From assembly GCA_963668695.2 (NCBI GenBank), contig CAXXLQ010000004.1, positions 1,152,001-1,216,000 on the forward strand: a stretch of 64,000 nucleotides of DNA. Reading direction: 5' to 3'. The notes beneath the pieces are model-generated. The model made no database searches and had not been told where the DNA came from. It saw only the letters and a list, made by a program, of their open reading frames with translations. Source of the DNA: Vicinamibacteria bacterium (GTDB taxonomy: Bacteria; Acidobacteriota; Vicinamibacteria; Marinacidobacterales; Marinacidobacteraceae). Positions 1-9,622 of the stretch are shown here, piece by piece. The position numbers and the translations under genes were made by a program. Within the stretch, counting starts at the first letter, position 1. Each line of letters opens with the position of its first letter.

Positions 1-1
1 C

Positions 2-1114
2 GATCTTCTAGATTTGCCAGACCGGTTCAATTCTGAATTCGCGGAGGAGGGATGGATTGCAACGTCATCGCTGTCGGTGGATGTGATGCGGCAGGCATTG
101 GCCTACAGGAAAGGCGGTCAGCCCGACCAAGCAGAGCAAACAATCTTTGAGTGGTTTTCTGAAGAGCGCATTAGGCTGTTTGCTATTCAGCGTAGCAAAT
201 CCTTCAACAAGGCTCGAGGACGTGTAGATCAACTGGTTGAGGCATTGGCGCTGACGACGGAGCAACGCTACATAGCCGCCGTCCCATTGATTCTAATTTC
301 CTGTGATGGGTTTGCATCCGATGTCCTCGGAACTAGTCCGTTCGAGAAGAATGCGGATCTGAGTGTTTTCGATTCTGTTGTGGGACATCCAACGTCCTTG
401 CCGGCGCTCATAGGAAAACTCGCCAAGGGTGTCCGGAAATCGTCAGATCAGACGCTGGACGTGCCCTTGCGGCATGGCATTCTGCACGGCAGGTCATTGG
501 GATATGCGAACAAGCGGGTCTGCTACAAAGCGTGGATGCTGATGATTGCGGTTGTTGACTGGGCCGTTGACAAACAAAGTGAAGATGATCGAAGGAAAGA
601 GCACGAGGAAGATCACAACCTCAGCTGGCGAGACGTGGTTGGCCGCTTGCGGAAGAATGCGGCCGACAAAGAAGCGCTCGACGCGTTCGAGCCCGTGGAA
701 TGGAGAGGTCCTTACGACACAACCACAAGACGGGATGAACCACCCTATGCATTTTGGGAGTTTCTTAGCGCTTGGAAGGAGAAGAAGTTTGGAACCATGG
801 CCGGCCGTGCGGTAAACATGAGAGACGAATCGCACGCACGTCTAGCCGGCAGCATTCGCAGAGACGCAGAACTCGTGGAACTATCGGCCTTTGAGATCTT
901 CTCTGTACAGCAGACGGGACTATGCCGGTTGGAGGCTGTGGTTTTCATGCGCGGTACGACTCTTGGGAGACGTGTTCAGGGCCGGTTCAAGGTCCTAGCC
1001 TTTCTGCTCAAGGCAGATGGGAATGTGGCGATGCCGACCGAAAACGGGACTTGGTATGTCCAGCAGAAGTGCATCTTCGACCTGATGCACCAGCGCACGA
1101 GTTCCGTGCAATAG
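2..1114 (+). CDS. Hypothetical protein with a HEPN-like RxxxxH motif; 5'-truncated by the window edge
   Basis: The frame is open from base 2. It contains LRHGILHG, and the region is visibly AT-richer than its neighbours. Confidence 0.6.
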   Translation, partial: DLLDLPDRFNSEFAEEGWIATSSLSVDVMRQALAYRKGGQPDQAEQTIFEWFSEERIRLFAIQRSKSFNKARGRVDQLVEALALTTEQRYIAAVPLILISCDGFASDVLGTSPFEKNADLSVFDSVVGHPTSLPALIGKLAKGVRKSSDQTLDVPLRHGILHGRSLGYANKRVCYKAWMLMIAVVDWAVDKQSEDDRRKEHEEDHNLSWRDVVGRLRKNAADKEALDAFEPVEWRGPYDTTTRRDEPPYAFWEFLSAWKEKKFGTMAGRAVNMRDESHARLAGSIRRDAELVELSAFEIFSVQQTGLCRLEAVVFMRGTTLGRRVQGRFKVLAFLLKADGNVAMPTENGTWYVQQKCIFDLMHQRTSSVQ

Positions 1115-1119
1115 ACTCG

Positions 1120-2265
1120 TTATCGGTCGTTTCGTGGGAAACTGGTAGCAAACCCTGCTGGGAGCGCCACCTCCAGTATCTCCAGATCGTCCGATGGCTC
1201 GCGCATCGCAACCGCTAGGCGCGGGGGCAGCACGAACGCGTCCCCGGCCGTGAGCGCACGATCCGGATGCCCTTCGACGTCAAGCGTCATGGACCCGGCG
1301 CGTAGGAACCCGAACAGGATGTCCGTGTCGTGCCGGGTTGCCGGAACCTCGACTCCCGGGAGCCGCCGCGCCACCTGAACACCAGCGACTCCCTTGGTCG
1401 CGGCTCTGATCCCCGTCTCCCGCGCCTCGAACCCGGGGATCCGCCAGGGTTCCCAAGTCGCCTCGGACTCCCGGTGGAGGACGAACTTCGTTCCGTGGAA
1501 CTCTCGATCGGGACGGAAGTACGGGGTGGGCAGCTCCATCTCGTGGTCCACGCTGGTCAGGTGCTCGGCGGGAACGCCGATCTCGATCACTTCGACCCCT
1601 GCCGAGGCCTCGAGGACCCGGTGGCGGATTTCCGGGGGCTGGATCACGCAGTCCCCGGCACCGAGCACGAACGGCGGCCCCTGGTCTTCGTAAACGAGCC
1701 GCACCCAGCCGCGGTGGCAGAAGATGAGTTGGAACCCGACCGCGTGGTAGTGAACCATGTCGGCGACCGGCCCGGCTTCGGCGATGCGAATGTGCGAGGC
1801 GATGATGGCGCCTCCCAGACGATCGGGGAGCAGGTCGCGGTAGTGCATGCCGGCGCGGCCGATGACCCAGGAATCGCGCTCCACCAGTCGCCGGACGATG
1901 AATTCGTGCGAAGACTCGGGGATGACGAGCGGCGGGTTCGCGTCCTCGATGGCGACCCGGTGGCCGCCGGGGGTGGTGAGATCGGTCTCGCCGCTCGCGA
2001 ATTGGTGGGGATCGTCGGCGTAGAGCCGAAGCGACACGGGCGCTGAGTCCGCGCTCCGCTCCAGGAGGATCGCCGTTCCGTGTCCCGAAAGCGCCGCGAA
2101 GGCGGGGCCGTCAGCCGGCCAGATCCGGTCGAGCCGGAAGCCGAGCGCGTCGATGAAATAGCGCATGTCCCCGTCGAAGTCCGATGTGGGGACACGGATC
2201 TCGGCGCGGCGGATCAGGTCCGTCCGGATTTTGGGAGTGGTTGCGGGCGCCGCAGTGTCAGGCAT
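1120..2265 (-). CDS. VOC/glyoxalase-like plus cupin-domain protein
   Basis: N-terminal 'YFIDALGFRL' VOC-like motif and cupin motifs HYH..FQLIFC..GW and IQPPEIRH. Start placed at ATG 2265. Confidence 0.75.
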   Translation of the reverse strand: MPDTAAPATTPKIRTDLIRRAEIRVPTSDFDGDMRYFIDALGFRLDRIWPADGPAFAALSGHGTAILLERSADSAPVSLRLYADDPHQFASGETDLTTPGGHRVAIEDANPPLVIPESSHEFIVRRLVERDSWVIGRAGMHYRDLLPDRLGGAIIASHIRIAEAGPVADMVHYHAVGFQLIFCHRGWVRLVYEDQGPPFVLGAGDCVIQPPEIRHRVLEASAGVEVIEIGVPAEHLTSVDHEMELPTPYFRPDREFHGTKFVLHRESEATWEPWRIPGFEARETGIRAATKGVAGVQVARRLPGVEVPATRHDTDILFGFLRAGSMTLDVEGHPDRALTAGDAFVLPPRLAVAMREPSDDLEILEVALPAGFATSFPRNDR

Positions 2266-2338
2266 CTCGGGTTCGGCAGAGGCTATCGCGATGCGAGGCT
2301 GCGGTAGCTTTCCCGGCCCACCGAACGGAGAGAAGCTC

Positions 2339-3025
2339 ATGACTACGCAGCCGATCACCACCGCGCTCTTCGATTTCCTGCGCGACCTGCGGGAGAACAA
2401 CGATCGCGAGTGGTTCCAGGCCAACAAGGGCCGCTACCTGGCTGAGGTACGCGACCCGATGCTGGACTTCATCGGCGCCTTTGCCGCTCCGCTCGCCGAG
2501 ATCAGCCCCCATTTCGTGGCCGACCCGCGGCCGAACGGCGGATCGCTGTTCCGGATTTATCGGGACACCCGGTTCTCGCGGGACAAGACGCCGTACAAGA
2601 CGAACGTGGGCGCGCACTTCCGCCACGCCGCGGGAAAGGACGCGCATGCGCCGGGCTTCTATCTCCATCTGGAGCCCGGGATGTGCTTTGCCGGGTGCGG
2701 GATCTGGAGGCCGGACGGCCCAACCGTGGCGAAGATCCGCGAAGCGATCGACGGTGAGCAGCAGGCCTGGACGCGGATCACCACGGCGCGGGCGTTCACC
2801 GAGACGTTCGAACTGGCGGGCGAATCACTCAAGCGGTCGCCGCGGGGCTACGAACCGGATCACCCGCTGGTCGAGGATCTGAAGCGCAAGGACTTCGTCG
2901 CCGCTACGAGCTTCTCGGAAGCCGAAGTGGTGGAGTCGGACTTCCTGGACTGGTTCGCGGGGATCGCGCGGCGGGGAGCGCCGCTCGTCGAGTTCCTGTC
3001 GAGGGCGGTGGGGGTGGATTTCTAG
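2339..3025 (+). CDS. DUF2461 / TIGR02453 family protein
   Basis: NNDREWF, FRIYRDTRFSRDKTPYK and LKRKDF signatures. Confidence 0.9.
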   Translation: MTTQPITTALFDFLRDLRENNDREWFQANKGRYLAEVRDPMLDFIGAFAAPLAEISPHFVADPRPNGGSLFRIYRDTRFSRDKTPYKTNVGAHFRHAAGKDAHAPGFYLHLEPGMCFAGCGIWRPDGPTVAKIREAIDGEQQAWTRITTARAFTETFELAGESLKRSPRGYEPDHPLVEDLKRKDFVAATSFSEAEVVESDFLDWFAGIARRGAPLVEFLSRAVGVDF

Positions 3026-3030
3026 GCCGG

Positions 3031-3426
3031 CTACGGCAGGTTCAGCTGCCAGGACACGCCGAAGCGGTCCTGCACCCACGCGAAGCGGCGGCTGAACCCG
3101 TAGTTGTCGAGCGGCATCAGGAATTTGCCGCCCTCGACGAGAGCGGTGCTGAGTTCAGCGATCTCCTTTTCGCTCCGGCATGCCACGAATAGCGAGATCG
3201 CCGGGGTGAAGGTGAAGTCATGGGAGACGTAGCTGTCGTTCAGGAGCACGGGCTGGCCCCGGAGGGAGATGGAGGCGAGCAACACGGAGCCTTCCGGCCC
3301 GGGGCCGTCCGGGCCGTACTTCTGGACGTTCAGGATCTCGCTGTCCGGGATGGTCCGGACATAGAGGTTCATGGCTTCTTCGGCTTGGCCCTCGAACATG
3401 AGGAAGGGGGTAACGGCGCTTTGCAT
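3031..3426 (-). CDS. VOC family (PhnB / 3-demethylubiquinone methyltransferase-like) protein
   Basis: TPFLMFEGQAEEA...FTFTPAISL...WVQDRFGVSWQL. Confidence 0.88.
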   Translation of the reverse strand: MQSAVTPFLMFEGQAEEAMNLYVRTIPDSEILNVQKYGPDGPGPEGSVLLASISLRGQPVLLNDSYVSHDFTFTPAISLFVACRSEKEIAELSTALVEGGKFLMPLDNYGFSRRFAWVQDRFGVSWQLNLP

Positions 3427-3499
3427 GGGGTCCTCCGGGGTGGGATTGTGGACGGCGGTGCGCGGTGAGGGGGTTTGTGCGTTCGCCGCGCTCCGCGCG

Positions 3500-3610
3500 G
3501 CGCTGCCGGTCTGAGGTCGGCGTTCCAAGCCGTCCCCGCGCTCTTGCTCGATCGGCGGTGGGAGTTTCGCCCGCTGCGCGGGCGATGCCGGTCTGAAGAC
3601 CGGCGCTCCT
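3500..3610. repeat. REP-like palindromes (GCCGGTCTGAAGACCGGCGCTCC family)
   Basis: Hairpin copies at ~3500-3526 and ~3565-3609. Relatives lie at ~15212, 25565, 35055, 47093 (x3), 55024 and 62136. Confidence 0.7.
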
Positions 3611-3650
3611 TTGCTTCTGCGCCGTGATGCCGTGGGGGGCCGGCGTTCCG

Positions 3651-5195
3651 TCAGCCCTTCAGGTAGGCGTCGCGGAGGGGGGGCTTTTGGACTTTGCCGG
3701 AGGGGGTGCGGGGGATCGTGTCCACGAAGACGATCTCGCGGGGGCGCTTGTAGCGGGCCAGGCGGCTCTCGCAGTGAGCGATCAGAGCGTCCGCCGTCAC
3801 CTCGGCCGACCGGGCCACAAGTGCGACGGGCGCCTCCCCCCAGCGTTCGTCCGGGACGCCGAAGACGGTGCAGTCCTCAACCGCCGGATGGCTCCCGAGC
3901 GCCGTTTCGAGCTCGGCGGGGTGAATGTTGAAACCGCCCGAGATGATGATCTCCCGGGATCTCCCGACCAGCGTGATGTAGCCGTCCTCGTCGGATTTCG
4001 CGAGGTCCCCCGTCCAACCCCAGCCGTCGCGGAAATAACGGGCGGTTTCCTCCTCGTCCTCGAAGTAGCCCTCCATCAGGAACGGCCCCCGCGCCACCAC
4101 CTCTCCGATGGTGCCTGGTGGGACCGGGTTTCCGTCCGGGTCCACGATCCGGAGGTCCACTCCCGCTGCTGCCTGACCGACGGTGCCGGCGTGCGCCTCG
4201 GTGTCCCGGGGTTTGAGGATCGTCAGCGGTCCGGTCTCGGATTGCCCGTAGTGATCGGTGTAACCGCAGTGCGGCAGGGCCTTCCGGCATTCCGCGATCA
4301 GACCCGGAGGCGTCGGCGCGCCACCCACTCCGATGTTTCTGAGCGAAGCCAGCCGCTCCCGATCGAAGGCGGGCCAACGGAGCAGATCGCGGACCTGGAC
4401 CGGCACCAGGAACACCGATGAGATCCGGTGCCGCTCGGTTGCGGCGATGAACTCCGCGGGATCCCACTTGTGGAAGATCACGGCAGTGCTCCCAACCAGG
4501 ATCGAGGCCTGGTACCAGATCATCAGTCCCACGGCGTGGAACATGGGGGTAACCACGCCGACGACGTCCTGAGCCGTGACTTGGTGTTCGCGGGCGGTGC
4601 TGGCTGCCGAGACGAAGCGCGCCGTGTGACTGACCACCGCCCCCTTCGGGCGGCCCGTGGTGCCGCCGGTGAACGTCATGGCGACGGGCGCCGCCGGGTT
4701 GATGTCCCGGTTGATCTCCCCGTCGATTTCCTGGTCCGGAGGGGTGTCGGGCTGGGCCGCGACCGCTTCGCCGAATTCGAGCGCTCCGTCGAGCGCTCCG
4801 TCGAGCGTCGGAACTCCGGTGACGATCAGCGTCGGGATGGCCGACAAGCAGGCGTCGCTCAGCCGATTCTGGACAGCGGAATCCACTACCAGCACCCGCG
4901 GGCGGGTGCGCTCCAGAATGTCGGCGATCTCGGCCGCCGCGTAGAGCGGCGGAATGTGCACCAACACGCTGCCGGCCCGGGCGTTTCCGAAATGGACAAC
5001 GCCGTATTCCGGGCTGTTGAACAGCAGGCTCGCGATCCGGTCGCCGGGGCCTACCCCCGCCGAGATCAGCAGGTTCGCGAAGCGGTTCGCCAGCCGGTCG
5101 TATTCCCCGAAGTCGAACCGCCGGTCGCCGGCGATGACCGCGGTCTTCCGCGGCGCCCGCCGGGCGGCGAGCCGCAGGATTTCGCCGAGCGTCAA
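3651..5195 (-). CDS. AMP-binding acyl-CoA synthetase / CoA ligase
   Basis: FTGGTTGRPKG, YGQSE, TGDLA and PRTPSGKV adenylation motifs. Confidence 0.92.
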   Translation of the reverse strand: MTLGEILRLAARRAPRKTAVIAGDRRFDFGEYDRLANRFANLLISAGVGPGDRIASLLFNSPEYGVVHFGNARAGSVLVHIPPLYAAAEIADILERTRPRVLVVDSAVQNRLSDACLSAIPTLIVTGVPTLDGALDGALEFGEAVAAQPDTPPDQEIDGEINRDINPAAPVAMTFTGGTTGRPKGAVVSHTARFVSAASTAREHQVTAQDVVGVVTPMFHAVGLMIWYQASILVGSTAVIFHKWDPAEFIAATERHRISSVFLVPVQVRDLLRWPAFDRERLASLRNIGVGGAPTPPGLIAECRKALPHCGYTDHYGQSETGPLTILKPRDTEAHAGTVGQAAAGVDLRIVDPDGNPVPPGTIGEVVARGPFLMEGYFEDEEETARYFRDGWGWTGDLAKSDEDGYITLVGRSREIIISGGFNIHPAELETALGSHPAVEDCTVFGVPDERWGEAPVALVARSAEVTADALIAHCESRLARYKRPREIVFVDTIPRTPSGKVQKPPLRDAYLKG

Positions 5196-5211
5196 GAAAC
5201 TGTCGCCGGGC

Positions 5212-6459
5212 TCAGACGGCTCCCACGCTCCGGTCTTCCGGGAGCCGGCACATGCGCTCCATGGGCTCGAAGATGCTCTCCACCCCCGAGCCGAAGACGT
5301 TGCCGGCCAGGATGTCGATGACTCCCTGCCGGCATTCCGGATGGGCCTTGAGGAAGTCCGCGAAGTTGAAGTGGCGGTCGTAGAAGGCGTACACCAGTTT
5401 GCGAAAGGCGCGCATTCCCGCGAGGAACTCCTCGCCGAAGGCTCCGAGCGCGGCGCCAGAGAGGTCGCCCTTGGTCAGACAATGACAAATTGTGTCGGCC
5501 GCCAACTCTCCGGATTTGAGGGCCAGCAGCACCCCGGTCGAATAGATGGGATCCAGGAACGCGAAGGCGTCGCCGACGAGCACCCAGCCGTCTCCGGCGA
5601 TCTGTTCCGCGCAGTAGGAAAAATCCTGAACAACCCTGACGGGAAAACCCTGCTCGGCGCCGGCCACGCGCTCCTCGAGGGCCGGACAATTCCGGATCTC
5701 CGCTTCGAACCGGGTCTGGGCATCGCTCCCTCGTCCCAACAGGTACTCCAGGTCGCCTACCACCCCGACGCTCACGATGTCGCCGGCGAGTGGGATGTAC
5801 CAGAACCAGGAATCCCGGTTCCGGGTGTGCATGATCAGGGTCGCCCCTTCGTCGATGCCGGCGTCGCGCCGGGCGCCCCGAAAGTGAGAGAAGATGGAAA
5901 CCTTCTTGAGGTTCGGCTCCGCTACCCGAAGTCCCAGTTTCCTGGCGAGGAGGGCATTGCGTCCGGTGGCGTCCACCACCACCCGCGCCGGAACCTCCGC
6001 GACGGTCGCGGTCGCGTCTTGCGCCCGGATCCCGACCGCCTGCTCCCCTTCGAACATCACGTCCCGTACCTGGACGCCGCGGCGGAACTGAACCCCCAGT
6101 TCCACCGCCCGCTCCAGCAGCAGGCCATCGAACTCGCTGCGCCGCACCTGCCAGGTGGTGGAGCGTTCGTGGGGGTCGGTCTCCGAGAAGTAGAAGGGTG
6201 CGGAACCGCGGCCCGAAGCGCTGAAGAACTGGACGCTGTGCTTGCGCTGGAATTGGCTCTTCTTGAGGCGCTCGACGAGTCCCAGCCGCTCGAAGGTGCC
6301 GTAGGTATAGGGCACCAGGGATTCCCCGACCTTGAACGGCGGGCTCTTCTCGCGCTCCAGCAGGCCGACGCGGAAACCCTGCTCCGCGACCAGCGCGGCC
6401 ACGGTGCTGCCGGCGGGCCCGCCGCCCATGACCACGACGTCCAGCGGGTCCTGAAACAC
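5212..6459 (-). CDS. FAD-dependent halogenase-family oxidoreductase
   Basis: GGGPAG, WFWYIP (WxWxIP), FQRK (candidate catalytic Lys) and GDAFAFLDPIYSTGV. Confidence 0.8.
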   Translation of the reverse strand: MFQDPLDVVVMGGGPAGSTVAALVAEQGFRVGLLEREKSPPFKVGESLVPYTYGTFERLGLVERLKKSQFQRKHSVQFFSASGRGSAPFYFSETDPHERSTTWQVRRSEFDGLLLERAVELGVQFRRGVQVRDVMFEGEQAVGIRAQDATATVAEVPARVVVDATGRNALLARKLGLRVAEPNLKKVSIFSHFRGARRDAGIDEGATLIMHTRNRDSWFWYIPLAGDIVSVGVVGDLEYLLGRGSDAQTRFEAEIRNCPALEERVAGAEQGFPVRVVQDFSYCAEQIAGDGWVLVGDAFAFLDPIYSTGVLLALKSGELAADTICHCLTKGDLSGAALGAFGEEFLAGMRAFRKLVYAFYDRHFNFADFLKAHPECRQGVIDILAGNVFGSGVESIFEPMERMCRLPEDRSVGAV

Positions 6460-6498
6460 GGTGTCAGGGAAGGGAAGCGAGCCGACGGCCGATCCCCG

Positions 6499-7812
6499 TC
6501 AGACGTAGGCGACGCCCCGGTTCGCGGGTTCGTAGAACTCGGGCAGCAGGGAATCCACTCGCAGGAGGCCCTGGGGAGTCAGCCGGATGTCGTCCCCGTA
6601 GAGCGTCACCATGCTCTCTCGTTTCAGCTTGTCGAAGGCGGAACTGAACTCGTCGGTCAGCTCGACGCCGAATTTGTCGCGGAAGTACGTGGGGTCGAGG
6701 TGTCCCAGTTTCAGTTGCAGGATGGTTTCGCGGATCAGCCGTTCCCGCGAGGACGTAGGGAACGCGCGGTCGATGGGAAACGAGCCCCCTTCGAGCGCCG
6801 AAAGGTAGGTGTCCCACGAAGAGGTGTTTTGGTAGTGCACGCCCTGCAGGTATCCGAACGAAGCCACCCCGGTCGCCAGCATGTCCGAACCGCGCCATAA
6901 AGCGTCACGGTAGACGAAGCGGGCGACGCGCCCCTTCTTCTTCACCGTGTAGGCGCTCGAGGGTTCGAAGCCGGCGGCCCGGAACTGTTCGAACGCGTAC
7001 GCGTGCCAGTCGCGCCGCGTCTGCCAGCTGGCGAAGAGCGGAGTTTCCCCGTCGCTTCCCAGGATCTTCTGCGCGTACACCGTGTTGTAGGGCAGTTCCA
7101 TCTGATAGACGGTGATGCTGTCGGGGTCGAGATCGATCGTCTCCTGCACCGTCCGGCGCCAGAGATCCCAGGTTTCGCCCAGCATGCCGGCGATCAGGTC
7201 CACGTTGACCTGCTCGAAGTCGGCCTCCCGGATCCAGGGCATGCACCGGTGGATTTCCTTCGTAGTGTGAGCCCGGCCGTTTTCCCGGAGGATCTCGTCG
7301 TTCATGTTTTCGAGGCCCAGGCTCAGCCGGGTGACCCCGATGTCCTTGATCGCGTGGACCTTGGCCTCGGTCAGGGTGCCCGGTTCGCACTCGAACGCCA
7401 CCTCCTCCAGATCGGACCAGGAGAAGGCGTCCTTCAGGCGAACGACCAGGCCGAGAAGCTGTTTGGGACTGATGAAGGACGGCGTTCCGCCACCGAAATA
7501 GACGAAGCGGAGGGGCCGGCCAAGGACGGCCGGCTGCGTTGAATAGAGCTCCGCCTCCCGCCCCAGAGCGTCCAGATACCGTTCGACCTCCTTGCTGTTC
7601 TTGTCGGTATAGACCCGGAAATAGCAGAACTTGCAGCGTTTCCGGCAGAAGGGAATGTGGAGGTAGAGCCCGAGGCTGTTCCTTCCGGGGCCCGCGGGCC
7701 GGCCGAGGGCCTCCTGGAACGCGGGAAGGTGGTCCGGGGTCCAGCGGGAGTACGGCGGGTAATTGGAGACGAAAACGTTGCCGAGGTCGGCTTCGCGCGC
7801 TGGCTCAGTCAT
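6499..7812 (-). CDS. HemN-like radical SAM enzyme
   Basis: LYLHIPFCRKRCKFC (CxxxCxxC) and YFGGGTPS. Confidence 0.88.
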   Translation of the reverse strand: MTEPAREADLGNVFVSNYPPYSRWTPDHLPAFQEALGRPAGPGRNSLGLYLHIPFCRKRCKFCYFRVYTDKNSKEVERYLDALGREAELYSTQPAVLGRPLRFVYFGGGTPSFISPKQLLGLVVRLKDAFSWSDLEEVAFECEPGTLTEAKVHAIKDIGVTRLSLGLENMNDEILRENGRAHTTKEIHRCMPWIREADFEQVNVDLIAGMLGETWDLWRRTVQETIDLDPDSITVYQMELPYNTVYAQKILGSDGETPLFASWQTRRDWHAYAFEQFRAAGFEPSSAYTVKKKGRVARFVYRDALWRGSDMLATGVASFGYLQGVHYQNTSSWDTYLSALEGGSFPIDRAFPTSSRERLIRETILQLKLGHLDPTYFRDKFGVELTDEFSSAFDKLKRESMVTLYGDDIRLTPQGLLRVDSLLPEFYEPANRGVAYV

Positions 7813-7938
7813 TTCTCAGAACCCGGTTCTTCCGGGGGAATCTCGGCTGCCTTGCGGGTGCGGCTTCGAGGGTAAGGAGTCGGATTCTACCGGCAGGGGC
7901 GGTTCGGAACGCTCGTCGGCTACGGGCGAAGGGGCCGC

Positions 7939-9297
7939 TTAGCGCCGGCTCAGGGTGACCGGGATTCCGTAGCGCGGTTTCAGCGTGACTTTGGCGGCCG
8001 CTTCGATCGGATGGTCCGGGGCCACCCGGACCCGGAAGCGCTGGACGATCTGGGCCAAGACGAGCTGGATCTCGAGCATCGCCATGCCGGCGCCGATACA
8101 GGTTCTCGGGCCCGCGCCGAACGGCAGATACGAGAAGAAATGCCGATTCTTGCTGCGTTCCGGATGGAAGCGCTCCGGGTCGAATCGCTCGGCGTCGGGC
8201 CAGAACTCCGGGTGCCGGTGCAGGGCGTAGGGAATGATGGCCACGTAGGCGCGCGCTGGTAGCAGATATCCGTCGAACACTTCTTCATGCTCTGCGCGCC
8301 GAGCGAAGGCCCACACCGGGGGATAAAGGCGCATCGCTTCCTGAACGACCTGTTTCAAGTACGGGAAATGTGACAAGTTTTGTCCCGTTAGCGATTCTCC
8401 GCCGAGCCCGGAAGCGAGGTGGTGCACCAATTCCGCTTCGATCTCCGGATGGGTGGCGAGCAGGTAGAGAGTCCACGAGAGCGCGGTAGCTGACGTTTCG
8501 TGTCCTGCCAGCATGAGGGTCACCACTTCGTCGCGGAGCTGGCGGTCGTCCATGCCTTCGCTCGAATCCTCGTCACGCGCCTGAATCAGGCGGTCGAGGA
8601 TGTCCCCTGTCCCGTCGCCGGCGCGGCTGCGGGTGGCGAGTATTCCGTAGACGACGCTGTCCAGCCGTTTCCGGGCGCGCTTGAATTTGCGGTTGTAGGG
8701 GGTGGGAAGCCAGGAATAGAGGGTCATCAGGGCGCGCGGTTCGAAAGGCTGCAGGTTGGTGATTTCCGAAATCTCACGAACTTCGTCGGCATAGCCCTCG
8801 ATGTTGCGTCCGAACAGGGTCGCTCCGACGATCCGGAACGTGAGCTTGCTCATCTCCCGGTCGAGCCAGATGCGGTCGTCGCCCGCCCGCCGATCCCACT
8901 CGTCCAGCATGGACGCCGCCAGCGCGTTGATCGTCCGGTCGAAGCCCTGGACCGTCCGGTGGCTGAAGGAAGGCTGGACGAGTCGCCGCTGCCGAACCCA
9001 GTCGGGCCCGTCGTTTGTAACGAGGCCGTTGCCCATGATCTGCGCGAGCACGCGGTAGCCGAGCGTCTTCTTGGAAAAATGCTGGTAGCTCTGCGAGAGG
9101 ACCGGACGCAGGAACTCAGGGTTGTTCACGAGATAGACGTCTCGCAGACTGCGCCAAAGCATGAAATCGCCGTACTCGCGCAGCAGTTCGTGCATCCAGA
9201 GATGCGGCGTCCGCTGGTATTCGAAAAACCCGTGAAAGAACCCGTGAAACCGCCGCGTCGTCGGCGGGCGTTGGAGACGGCGGCGGTTGGCGGTCAC
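7939..9297 (-). CDS. Cytochrome P450
   Basis: AGHETSA, EAMR (ExxR), PERF and FGAGPRTCIG heme motif. Start uncertain. Confidence 0.95.
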   Translation of the reverse strand: MTANRRRLQRPPTTRRFHGFFHGFFEYQRTPHLWMHELLREYGDFMLWRSLRDVYLVNNPEFLRPVLSQSYQHFSKKTLGYRVLAQIMGNGLVTNDGPDWVRQRRLVQPSFSHRTVQGFDRTINALAASMLDEWDRRAGDDRIWLDREMSKLTFRIVGATLFGRNIEGYADEVREISEITNLQPFEPRALMTLYSWLPTPYNRKFKRARKRLDSVVYGILATRSRAGDGTGDILDRLIQARDEDSSEGMDDRQLRDEVVTLMLAGHETSATALSWTLYLLATHPEIEAELVHHLASGLGGESLTGQNLSHFPYLKQVVQEAMRLYPPVWAFARRAEHEEVFDGYLLPARAYVAIIPYALHRHPEFWPDAERFDPERFHPERSKNRHFFSYLPFGAGPRTCIGAGMAMLEIQLVLAQIVQRFRVRVAPDHPIEAAAKVTLKPRYGIPVTLSRR

Positions 9298-9321
9298 GGT
9301 CCCGATCGGCCTCCGGGGACT

Positions 9322-9576
9322 AGCGGCCGGTGGTGGAACCCGGGTGAGCGCCGAGAGCGCCAGTTCTCCCGGTGGGGGGGAGGCGCCCGGCTGACAAGGC
9401 GCGTGAGGGAGGAGCCCCCACCGGGAGAACTGGCCCGGGTGTATTGCGACCGAAACGCAACGCAGAACGCCAGTTCTCCCGGTGGGAGGGCGAAGCGGAG
9501 TGGTTCAGCCGGGATGCATCGCCGCTCGAGCCCCCACCGGGAGAACTGGGCCGCCTGGGTTTCACCACCGGCTGCT
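9322..9576. mobile_element. MITE-like element, copy 1
   Basis: Terminal inverted repeats AGCGGCCGGTGGTGGAACCC / GGGTTTCACCACCGGCTGCT. Non-coding; its core is shared with four other copies. Confidence 0.75.
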
Positions 9577-9622
9577 GGGGTGTAAGGGATCGTCGGAGTT
9601 GTCAAGTGAGACACGGAGCGCG

